Part shown: piece by piece, positions 52,328 to 64,000 of the stretch
Position numbering within the stretch: the stretch's first letter is position 1
Layout of the letters: each line of letters opens with the position of its first letter
Origin: Octopus sinensis
Taxonomy: Eukaryota
DNA length: 64,000 nucleotides
NCBI RefSeq assembly: GCF_006345805.1
Contig: NC_042999.1
Span: forward strand, 127,968,001 to 128,032,000
Reading direction: 5' to 3'
The notes under the pieces: generated by a model
What the model saw: the letters and a program-made list of their open reading frames with translations, nothing else
Databases searched by the model: none
Told to the model about the DNA's origin: nothing
Translations under genes and position numbers: made by a program

Positions 52328-52550
52328 CTGTGTGTTTGTGTTTTGTCCCTCCACCATCACTTGACAACCAGTGTTGGTGAGTTTATACCAGCTTAATGTT
52401 TTGGCAAAAGAGACCGACAGAATCGGCACCAGGCTTATAAAGAATAGGTCCCAGGATCAGTTTCCTCGACTAAAATCCTTTAAGGTGGTGCTCCAGCATG
52501 GCTTCAGTCAAATGACTGAAACATGCAAAAGAATAAAAGAATAAAAGAAT
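52058..52550 (+). mobile_element. SINE family A copy fused downstream of U6
   Basis: Begins aggtgcaggtatggctgtgtgttaag and ends tgactgaaacatgcaaaagaataaaagaataaaagaat. Confidence 0.88.
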
Positions 52551-53329
52551 ATATATACACACACACATATATATGTGTGTGTGTGAGAGAGTGTGTGCAT
52601 GTGCATGTGTGTATGTATATATGCATGTATGTATGTATGTATGTATGTATGTATGTATGCATGCATGCATGTATGCATATGCATGTATATATATATATTA
52701 TGTATGTATGTATATATATATATATATGTCTGTGTGTGTGTATGTATGTATTCATACAAACATATATGCATACATAAATGTATGAGAGAGAGAAAGAAAG
52801 AACGAGATACATTATTTTATTAAACTGGTAACTAATGTTGGATTTTTTTTATTATTATTGCAACCAGCTTAAAAATCTTCATATTATTAAACACCATTTA
52901 GAAGAATGAAATCCTCAAAGAATTTCTTTCTGTAGGAAAACTGTTGAGTACACTAATAACATTACAGTCGAATTTAAGTTTCCATGGAAAATATTACAAT
53001 CAAATTTGGAAAAAATCTGTTTTGGACAGGATTTGAGTTTCATTTCCATGGCAACACATCCTTCTCCTCTCCCAAGGCAATCATTCACTCTACATCAGCA
53101 AATGATAATGATTGGAGTATGAAATCTTAATGTGGACTTTCTAGAAGAATTATCTCATTTTTTTTAGGAGACAGATAGTGAGGAAAAGTAGATGGAAAAT
53201 AATCATAGATTTGTAAATCTTCAGCTGTATGGTTGGTAGTGTTAGGTATTTTGGTAGGAGTAAGTGGTAGGAATGGAAGCTAAAAAGTGTGTTAAGTGGA
53301 GTAAGTAATTAAAAAGATAGTTGGTGATA

Positions 53330-53888
53330 GGAGAAAATAATAGCATTGTGAGGGGAATGAGAAACAATGTGTGAAGGTTTAAAGAGAGGGAGAAAGTGTG
53401 AAGACTTAGAGAAAGAGAGAGAGAGAGGGGGGTTGGTAAGAGAGTGAGAGGGAGAGAGAGCGTTCAGTGAGAGAATGAGAGGGAGAGAGAGAGTGGGTTC
53501 AGTGAGAGAGTGAGAGGAAGGAGAGAGAAGGTGAGAAAATTGAAGGAGAGAAAGAAAGAGTGAAGATTTAGAGAGAAAGAGAGAGAGTGTGTGTGTGAGT
53601 AAAGAGTTAGTGAGAGGAAAAAGCATAAAGAGAGAGGGGGGAGAAAGTGAAAATTTAGTGAGAAAACAAAAGAGAGAGAAGGAATGAAGATTTAAAGAGA
53701 GATAGAAAGAGCAGAAAAGGATAGTAAAAACTGAATTAGAAAGCAGAGTGAAGATTTACAGAGAGAGAGGGAGAGAGAGAGGGAGAGAGAGAGAGAGAAG
53801 CAGTGGAAGAGAATAATTAGAGAGAGTGAGAAAGAGTAAACTAGACAGAGAAAGAGAGGAATGCATGAAGATTTTTAAAAAAGTAGAA

Positions 53889-53953
<65 letters not shown>

Positions 53954-54120
53954 ATTTAGCTGGAAGACAGAGTAAAGATTTACAGAGAGAAAAGGAGAAA
54001 TTAAGAACAAAAAAAGATTAGATATTTAGAAAGAAGGGGAAAAGGAAAGTGAAGATTTAAAGACAAGAAAAGAGTGTAGATTGAAAGGGAGGAAGATAGA
54101 AAAGAATGTGCAGAAGCAAT
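53330..54120. repeat. GA-rich polypurine low-complexity tract
   Basis: (GA)n runs with recurring agtgaagattta words. Confidence 0.85.
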
Positions 54121-55518
54121 GAATAAGAAATATGACATCTCTGTCAATGTTTCTTTTCCTCCAGAAATGGCTTCCTTATCAATGCTATTGATGGTTTGTT
54201 TAGTTACTATCTCCCAACATCATCTACCAACAGTAATATACCTTCAAACTTCCCTTCTTATCTCTTCTAATATTATGCTGTTACTAATGACACTTTCCTC
54301 TTTAACTCATAAGGACTCTAAAATGACTAGGTGTATTTGACTGTCATATACATTCGTTAGGTCTTCTTTTTTTTTTTTTTACTTGACTTTGTAGTATTAG
54401 TTAGTTGGTAGATATCAACGAAGGAAGATTCTACATTGTCTATGTCCTTTGAATTGGAACATGATGCTGCTCTGTTGTAATGTTAATTTCCTAGCTATTG
54501 CTGAGATTCATTTACAGCAACGTGATATGAAGCGTTTTTGTTGTGCGTGCTACGAAATCCATGTCACCACAGTTATATTGCAATACTACACAGTGGCTGT
54601 GTGTGCTATCTCATCCTCATTGCCACTGTTATATCACACATTCTGATGACCTCTACTCAACTCCTGATGTCTAGACTTCTCCCTCTATATCTACGTATTG
54701 GGCTAGCCTTCTTCATCGTCTGGTGGCATCCACACAACAGTTTCCTTAAAAACACAATGCACCAACCAGTCTGGCAATTGAAACCATTATCTTGCAATTA
54801 TGCATGCAGCATCTTAACCACTAGGTCATACACCTTCACTTTCACCACCAAGGATTGTTATTTAAATATATTTTCTCTTGAACTCCCAAGTTTTTAAAAG
54901 GCTGCTCTACTCAATAAACTGACTTTCTTAACCAACAACTTTCCTTTTCCTTCTCTCTATTGAAAGAAATATATATAACTGAGTAATTACCATATTTTCC
55001 AGCATACAATTTGACATGGTATATAGTGTAAGCATGTAGTATAAGCATGCAAACATTGTCTCTATTTTTCTAAATCCTTCTGTATTTCACATGGACGTTT
55101 GGGTCCTCCAGAGTCATCTCAGTATATAGGTTGAGCTTCCTTTTTTGACTGTAAAATTTGGTCTGAAAAATTTGATTCCTATGCCAGAAAATGCACTATA
55201 CATTTCAAACTTTTGAAAACACACTTTACAAAGCCTCAATATTACTTGCTGACCTCCCAAGTGCCTGAACGTGCCAGCATGGGACACATCTTTCGTTTTG
55301 CATTCTATGACTTTCAACTGTCTTCTTACTAAATGATCTTCTCATTCAATATCTATAAAACAGTCATATAATTATCCTTTCCTTATGTTTTCCTTTTCAG
55401 AGTAAACCATCAACAATGTTTAGCAATAAAGTAGTGTTACAATAAGGGACTCAAATTCTGCTGTAATTTTTATTGCAAAAATACTTAATCTTATCGTTAA
55501 CAAGATGAATGTTTCTAT

Positions 55519-55749
55519 GGCGGCAAGCTGGCAGAAATGTTAGCACACTGGACAAAATGCTTAGCAGTATTTTGTCTGCCGTTACGTTCTGAGTTCAAAT
55601 TCCGCCGAGGTCAACTTTGCCTTTCATCCTTACGGGGTCGATTAAATAAGTACCAGTTTCACACTGGGGATCGATGTAATCGACTTAATCCGTTTGCCTG
55701 TCCTTGTTTGTCCCCTCTGTGTGTAGCCCCTTGTGGGCAGTAAAGAAAT
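55519..55749 (+). mobile_element. Full-length tRNA-derived SINE family B with 17-bp TSD
   Basis: Head ggcggcaagctggcagaa, B-box-like gagttcaaattcc. TSD aagatgaatgtttctat at 55502-55518 and 55750-55766. Confidence 0.9.
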
Positions 55750-58700
55750 AAGATGAATGTTTCTATTGCTATGGACGGCAAAGAAATTATGTATACTCCC
55801 AGATAATTTGAAGTTTATATGAGGTGTTGGGGATCAGGTAGCTGCCATCATGTTTCTTGGAGTTAGCTAGTTAGGATGTGTTGTTGTTATAATCATAGTC
55901 CATTGTTTTGGTGTTGTGACTCATCCCTAGTTTGCTTGCTGGTAAACTGCTACCATTAGCTGACTGCCGTGTAGTGGCTAATATGCACTGAATCTATGGC
56001 AATGCTTCTGGTCAGAGAGGACATGCCAAAGATGAAATCATTATTAGATTCAGTTCCACAAGAAGTCTTGAATGGTTAGATATTTCGATAACATTGGTAA
56101 CATTTGAGCAAATCACAACCATGTTCTTCAGTTGTTGCTTTTATTATAAGTTTTTTTGTTTTGCATTGTATATAGTAATCTAGGTTCAATTTCTAAGTTT
56201 TGCAATTGCTAAATATTCTTGCTACAGTAATATAAGCATGGTTTACCTATTATAGCTGAAGGATAGTGGTGAAGTGGTGGTAGTGCAGCTGCTACTGCTG
56301 CTACTGCACAGTGTTTCTTTCTCCTCTTGAATATCTCCAAGTTTCAAAATTTCTAACAATACTTATTACAGCTGACTGATATCTACATCTTGGAAACCGT
56401 ATCTTGTCTGTTCATCACTTAATTATGTCTTTCAAGTCTTTTAACCAACTACATTAAATGTATGGGCTTATATGCATACATCTCCATCAAAGTACACGCA
56501 CACTCACCCTCCCATATACATATATACATGCAAGTTTCTCTCCATCTGTTTATATGTATGTATACACCTCTGTCTTTCTCTCTTCATGTATATGTACACA
56601 CACACACTCACACGCAATATGTGTGTGTACTCACACAAAAGTAAATAAAGGAGGGACGAACAGAAGGAACAAAGTGTAGCAGTGAGTGGGGTGGTCTCTT
56701 TAATTTTGCCTGGGACAATCTCTCAAGAATTGAAAACATTGTAAATGCATCCAGACAATGATGTAAAATAGTTGGCAATAAGAAAAATATCAAGCTTAAG
56801 AGCCATGCCAAAAATGGGAAAAGGATGAAGGAGAGACATTGACTTTACAAGCCCTAGTGGATGTGATTTCATTTTTTTTTTCATTGAGTTGTTGCTATCT
56901 AGTTAAATTGCAGGTCAGCCCTGATTGAAGGAACTCCAGCTGTGACCATTCTACTCATCTATATATACAGAACTACACTGCTAAATGAGGCCATCCCTTG
57001 CTAAGATGGTAGGATGTGAGCTGAGGGATATTTGACTGCAATTTCTTACACTTTAGAGTACGCCATAGTAGCTCCTTCATTGAATGTCTCTTGTTGATAT
57101 CCCAGAAATTACTGAAGCTTGGATATCCAAATGATTTATTCAATAATTACAAAGCATGATAGAGAAACAAAAAAAAAACTATTTCCTTCTTTTAAATTCT
57201 GTTTTAAGCAAGTTATGACTACATGATCCATTACCATTCAACATTATGTAACATGGTGGGAATGTTACTGGTCATATGAAAAATTAAATCTGCCATATGG
57301 CAAACAAACGGAACTAGAAATATGTCCTTATATTCTTCTTATTGCTTTTTTTTTTACACGGCCTGATGTTTCAACTTTCAGTACACTTACCTCAGATATT
57401 GGTAGATGTAACAGTTGAGTGCAAAATGCCCTTAAATAACTGAGCATATATAAATGTAGGAATAAAATGTAGTTTTCTTTGGTTTTTATTCCTTAGATTT
57501 TTTTCTTTAATGTTGAGTTGAATGTTATTATAAGGAAATGGTAAGGAAGTGTTATTGAATGTAGCAAAAGGAAGAAAAAAGAAAAATTAAGGACAAGAAT
57601 TTGAGGTGATTAGTGATGGTTTGCAGTCTCCTCCTAGTTCACAATCAGATATAGCACTATTGTATTCAGTATTATAGCTATAATGATATTATTGAACTGT
57701 CTATATTTACAATCAATTGTTTCATCTGTTTTTATTCCATGGTGAGCATGCAAAGGTCATGAACACACGCCACCTACACATTTCCGTACCACTCCTTCTT
57801 CTCATCTTCTTTCCTCTTTTCCTTCCTTTTTTCTCATCTTCATTCCTCTCTTCTTCCTTCTTTCTTTCAAATAAGATAAAAAAAATATGTTCAAATTCTC
57901 TCACAAATACAGGCATACCTCATCCTATGCAGGTAATTAGTTCCAAGACATGTGACTTGGCCACACTGGACAGTGTAGTTCTGTATATACAGATGAGTGG
58001 AATGGTCACAGTGGGAGTGCCTTCCATCAGGGATGACCTATGATGCAACAAGACATGTGACTTGAAAAATGATTTAACATAAAAAGACATTTTTACAAAT
58101 TCATTTTAAAAAATTCTTCTGTTTTAATAAGTGGCTTGTACATATTTTCACACATATTTTATTTGGTTTTGTGCTTCATGGTAGGCTGTTTTTTTTTATA
58201 TTTAGATGTTTTTAAAAAAATTTCATGCTTTTAAAAGTTCACTGAGACTGATATAAAGCTGCATAAACTGACAGAAGTTGAGGTTTATTTTTCTGTTAAA
58301 TTCTTCAAAAAACGTAAAATCAAAAGAGACATAACTTGAAACAATGCAAGTTGAAATATGCCTGTTTTCTATTGATACTTTTCACTTGTTAGTTTCTTCT
58401 TGCTGATCAAATACTCTATTATATCGGATGAATCTCAAACTAGCTGATATATCATTTGGACAATATACAATGATTAGAATTGCAGCCATTGGGACTGTAT
58501 TGTATTGCTGGCATTGCAGTCATACAGTTCTATGGCAGGCAAGAATAATTATCAATATTAGATAAAAATCTAATGATTATTCCAACTTAATGGAGAGTGA
58601 GAAAGTAGATCACTGAAAATGATCAGACTTTAGTTAATGAAAATTCTAGGTTTGTTTGCCCTTAGACATTCAGAATAATTAGATATCACTAATTAATGCC

Positions 58701-59649
58701 TGAAGTTAAGATCAGGTCAACAGAAACTATTTGTAAATCCTGTACATTCAAAGGTTATTATGTTACAATTTGTTGGGTTTTTTATTATTCGTATTTTTGC
58801 CTTGTTTTAATGCATTTGTAACTGAGGTCTGAATTTAGATCATTTACATGTAGTTGTTATTTTTATTTAACTCCCAGATTTATCAAAGACATTCATCCAG
58901 TCTTCATACCATCTAGATTTCATTCAGGAATAATGTATCAAAGATTACATTATTCAATGTGTGCTTTTATTTTAAGGCAGTGGTGTAAGGTTTGAAGAAG
59001 ATTTAGCTGCTCTTCCTATTCCTAGCAGATCAAGCAACCATATAGTGGCTTGCAGGTGTATGCATGTGTATGCATGTGTATGTGTGTTTGCAATATATAT
59101 TAAAGTTGAAAAATAGGCATCAATCTGGTTGTGTGGTTACAAATTTTGCCATAGAAACATGTGGTTTTGATCCCATCCCACAGAGTGACACCTTAAACAG
59201 GTGTCTTTCGCTACAAGCTGACCATAGCTGTGTGAGTAAATTTTGATGTGTGGAAACTATACAGAGGTCCACTGGGGCCATGTGGTTAGGAATAGGTGCA
59301 AATTCAGTTCCACCATGGACAAATGTTTTCTACTACAACCCAGCACTGACCAAAATCTTGTGAATGGATTTGGTAGAAAGAAACTGAAAGAAACCTATTC
59401 CCTCCTCTCTGTTAGGAAGCATAAGCACCTACACACATATGTACACACACGCCAGAAACATCTACAGACCAAATTCAATCACATGACTTCAGTCAGCCTG
59501 AGGCTATAAGAGAAGTCATTTGCCCAAGGTGCCACCATTGGGGCTGAACTCAAAACCATGTGGCTGGGTAGCAAGCTTCCTAACCACACATCCACTTAAT
59601 ATATAAATGAGTAACGAAGACACACACACACACACACACACACATGAGT

Positions 59650-60801
59650 GTGATGGGTGAATTGTCGCCATTATCTTTCTTTGAAGATAGTCCACTATCT
59701 GCTTCATTGATGGCTGCAAGGTGCAATATCTTATTGCCTAGTGATATGTTCACAAAATTAAATGATTTGAATAAGTTATTGCAAGGAAACAGAAAAACTT
59801 TCGTTGATTGTAAATCATTTATCACTACTTTCATTTTGAAATTGGTATTGTATAAGATTAACATTTCAAAATGTCAATTCCATCAATTTCCACAACTTGA
59901 TTCTTTGAAAGATGAATTGGTTGATGAGGATTTAGCTACATATCACAACTATTTACAATCATTGCATGATAACATGGTGGAGCAATTTCAAGATGTTATT
60001 GCGCTAAATATTCCAGATTAGTATAGCAATCCATTTGAAGTTGATGCAGTCAATTGTAAGGATGATGTTCAGGAGGAATTGATAGAATTACAAAATGACA
60101 ATGATGCCACAATGCGATATCGCCATAATGACAAAGAAGGTTTGTGGTACTATCAGAGTATATTGAATTCCGAACCCATTCTGTGGAAACATCTGAAATT
60201 ACTTTTGCTTGCCTTCCCTACCTCATATCTGGTTGCATCTGGTTTAGCCATGCAGGAACTTTATTTCTCCATAAAAGAATTGGACTGGATGTGACATGAG
60301 GAGACTTGTGGCTGAAGTTGACAAGTTTGAAACTGAATGAATCTGCACTAGATGCATCGCACCAGACACATGGTTCTTATTAAAAAGTTTTATCCTTTTC
60401 CTTTGTAATACAATCATTAATTATTTTTACATCAGTAGTTCTGATCAGTGGTTCATTTGGAGAAAATGAAAATCAGTGTAAAAGAAAGTGCAAGATTCCA
60501 GAAGTTAATCTGTCTGCATAATATAGAGTTAACGTTAGAATTTTATTCACACTAATGGCAAAACTAAACCCACAATAAGGGATTTGTAAACAACCGCATA
60601 TTTAGTCCAAATGGCACTAACAGGGTAACAAGTCTACGATATAGTGTGTGTGTCAAATGATACAAGGGGGTGTTTTACTAGGGTATTTTGTGTTGGTGGG
60701 GGGTTGTGTCAGGAGGTTTTTAACACAGGTGGGCAATGGAGCATTTTTTGGCTGATAGGTGGGCAATATTAAAATTTGGCAAGAAAAGTTTGGGAAACAC
60801 T
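59650..60801 (+). mobile_element. hAT (Charlie/Buster-like) transposon 3' remnant
   Basis: DMFTKLNDLNKLLQG...FPQL...NPFEVD...QEELIELQND...LLLAFPTSYLV (hAT dimerisation region) with stops. 3' end aagtttgggaaacactg followed by gtctaaac. Confidence 0.85.
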
Positions 60802-63586
60802 GGTCTAAACCCTTGAAAGGTTTAGAGTGAAACAAGTAAAAGATAATACAAGATTAATTTATTTTTGCCAAAGTGTATTTAGAACTGCATTCATTATCCA
60901 ACATGTTCTTTTATTTTCTCCAAGATAAGTGATAATATTTGATGTATTGTTAAATTAGCCACCATGATTGTTGGTTCTTTATATGAAACTCATCATTGCC
61001 ATTTTCCTGAATGTATTCTCTTATTCAGTCATTTTATTCATTCTTGTATGAAATATTGATGTCACATTTGGACTGGTATTCCTTGATTAGGTTTCAAAGA
61101 GCACTTTTAACATTGTGAGCCCTGTTTTGGCAACTAAACTTCAACCCCTCTCTTCTGTTATCATCATCATCATCATCATCACCATATAATGTCTGTTTTC
61201 CTTGCTGGCATGGGTTGGACGGTTTGACATGGAGGTAGCTAGCAGGGAGCTGTCTGTTGTGGCATGGGTTCTATGGCTGGATGCCCTTCCTAATGCCAAC
61301 CACTTTACAGAGTGTGCTGGGTGCTTTTTATGTGCCACCAGCATGGGTGAATTAATGTAGCACTGGCATGGGTACTTTTTAAGTGGCACCAGCACCTGAA
61401 AAGACAAGCCTGTATGTGTAGAAGACAGCAATTTTATTTAGCTTGACATGTCTTGTCAAGTACAGCAAATTGCCACATCTCCCAGTCCATTGTCATTTCC
61501 TCAGTGAAGCCCAGCATCTGAAGATCCTTTCTCACCCCTTTGTCCCATGTCTTCTTGGGTCTACCCCTTCCACAGGGACTCTCCACAATTAGAGCTCGGC
61601 ACTTCTTTATGCATCACCATGGAATTGCTTCCTTATCTCTGTTCTATAAATACTTTCATAGTGGTTGTTCTTCACTACTCTCTCCTCTTCTGTCTCCTCT
61701 TATGGTTATTAATCAAGCAACTCATCTTTCTGCTAACTCTCATCCTTTTGTTGTGGTTGTCCCCATCTTTTAGAAGTATTTCTCTCCTTGTAGTTTTTGT
61801 CCTCAAATATCTGTTTTATGGAATTCTCTCACTTTTCATTTTAGACAATTATGATCTTAATTCATTTAAATCTCATTAAATTTATTCATATTTTTCTTTT
61901 GCAAGTACCAACAAATTAGATGGTTACTTTTGGACTGTTTTATTGTTGGTTCCTTGCTGCCTTCTAGGAAGTGACTTCCTGTAAAATAAGTATAAAAATA
62001 AAAACAAAAGAAATTTGGCTGCTATTTCTTGTAGGTTGATCGACCACTCAGAAGTTCTTTCATTGGCTCTTATCATATCATGGCAGGTATGTTGCACAGC
62101 AACATAAGTCTTTCATTTCTTCACTTTTTCTTTTCCTCTTTTCTAATGATCAAATCAGATAACAGAATAAACGGAAATCTCAGTTGTAACTTCAGGTCAA
62201 ATGATTTTCTCTCTCCAGAGTCTCCTTCATTAGAAAATATAAGCAGTTCTCTAGCCTAAGCTAATGAAGTTAGATTTTTTTTTTAACGAGATTAAATCTC
62301 ATCACAGATGCAAAATCAATAATGGTACTACCTATTGATGCTGTTGTTGCTGTTGTTTAATCTTAGGGTGACCAAGATTAGAGCATTCCTGTAATGACTA
62401 TCATCTCATATAGCTGTGAAAGCATTCTAATCATGACAATCCCATTTATTTATTTATTTATTATAGATGCTGGCATAGCAGTGTGGTTAAGAAGCTTGCT
62501 TTGCAACCATGTGGTTTTGGGTTCAGTCCTGCTGCATCGTACCTTGGGCATGTGTATTCCCTTATAGCCCAGAATGTTGTAGGTTTAAGTCTGTCTGTAG
62601 GCATATGTTCTTTGTGTAGTGCATCTGATCACTGTATACAATAAACTCATTATTGTTATCATTATTATCATTGACAGCAACAAGCTGGCAGAATTGTTAG
62701 CACACCAGGCAAAATAGTTAGCTGCATTTTGTCTGTTTTTATTTTCTGAGTTCAAATTCTGCTGAGGTCAACTTTATCTTTCATCCTTTTGGGGTCAATA
62801 AAATAAGTACCAGTTGAACAAAGGGGCCAATGTAATCAACTATCCCCCAAAACTTGCTGGCCTTGTGCCAAAATTAGAAACCATTATCATTATTAGTATT
62901 GGCAGCAGCAAGCTGGCAGAATTGTCAGCATGCCGGACAAAGTGCTCAGCGGTATTTCGTCCATTTTAATATTCTGAGTTCAATTCCTGCCAAGGTCAAC
63001 TTTGCCTCTCATCCTTTCAAGGTCGATAAAGTAAATACCAGTTGAGCACAAAATTGCAGGCCTTGTGCCTATAGCAGAAAAGAAAAGAATTATCTTTATT
63101 ATTCCATCTTTTTTTGTCTTCTTGTATCTCATATTACTTTGTCTAATGTAGTCTTAGATGTCAATAGGATATAATTTAATATAAATTTGGTTGTTATTTA
63201 TAACAGGCAAGACACAACATTAGAGTGAGGTTCCTTGTTGGGTGGGGTGGGGATGTATTATGGTGCGGATATTAATATGATGGTGGGGAAGTTGATAGTA
63301 TTATTGATTGTGATAGTGATAATGGTGGTGGTGGTGGTGTGGTGTTGCTATTTGTGTGATGGTGATGATTAACCCTTTGGCATTTAAACCAGCCATATCT
63401 GGCCAAAATACTCTACCTGTTTAATGCTCAAACTGGCCAGCTTTGACCTCTCACACCAACCCTACAATATTACTCTAAAAATTAACAGTTAGTTCATCAA
63501 AATCTCAAAGCCACAAACCAATGCATGATTAATTCAAAACAATGTGAATAATTAAGCAGAGTATATGACAGAGTAACCTGAATACT

Positions 63587-63968
63587 TTTCTACTTTAGGC
63601 ACAAGGCCTGAAATTTTGGGGATGGGGGCCAGTCAATTAGATCGATCCCAATATGCAAATGGTACTTAATTTATCAACCCTGAAAGGATGAAAGGCAAAG
63701 TTGACCATGGCAGAATTTGAACTCAGAACATAAAAACAGATGAAATACCTATTTCTTTACTACCCACAAGGGGCTAAACACAGAGAGGACAAACGGATTA
63801 ATTCGATTATATCGACCCCAGTGCATAACTGGTACTTATTTAATCGACTCCGAAAGGATGAAAGGCAAAGTCGACCTCGGCGGAATTTGAACTCAGAACG
63901 TAAAGACAGATGAAATACCGCAAAGCATTTCACCTGGCATGCTAACATTCCTGCTAGCTTGCCGCCCT
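63587..63968 (-). mobile_element. Composite SINE family B insertion with 17-bp TSD inside a TTAA MITE
   Basis: TSD agagtaacctgaatact at 63570-63586 and 63969-63985; one head with two bodies and tails. Confidence 0.82.
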
Positions 63969-64000
63969 AGAGTAACCTGAATACTAAAAGATTAATGTTG

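Noticed and set aside
53330-54120. Ser/Leu-rich ORFs or a functional triplex element
   Set aside because: Low-complexity GA tract with no evidence beyond composition.
54120-59000. A second protein-coding gene
   Set aside because: No ORF or spliced exon with a recognisable protein signature on either strand. Small exons could have been missed.
59644-60294. Domesticated ZBED/SCAND3-like host gene
   Set aside because: In-frame stop, frameshifts and a retained transposon terminus indicate a dead hAT element.

Overview
AT-rich, microsatellite-dense animal genomic DNA. The repeat families and intron style suggest an octopus or other coleoid cephalopod (inference). Positions 2452-24818 (+) hold the last 13 coding exons of RALGAPB (Ral GTPase-activating protein beta subunit), with a probable 3' UTR to about 27.7 kb. 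One exon (15101-15351) is out of frame unless there is a 1-nt homopolymer error or a weak downstream acceptor is used. The rest is repeat-derived: mariner and hAT remnants, TTAA-flanked MITEs, RTE LINE fragments and two tRNA-derived SINE families. Two things stand out. (1) A (TA)n-associated cluster at about 30.9-41.1 kb contains a near-intact Penelope-like retroelement (RT + GIY-YIG, inverted pLTR) and several unrelated non-coding elements, each carrying a type I hammerhead ribozyme. These include about 355-bp and about 592-bp tandem retrozyme-like monomers, one with a compensatory U3-A8 core. (2) Two separate loci have U6 snRNA fused directly to the 5' end of the same SINE family, and one of them inserted as a single unit into a MITE. 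All calls were made by reading the sequence; no searches or folding programs were run.
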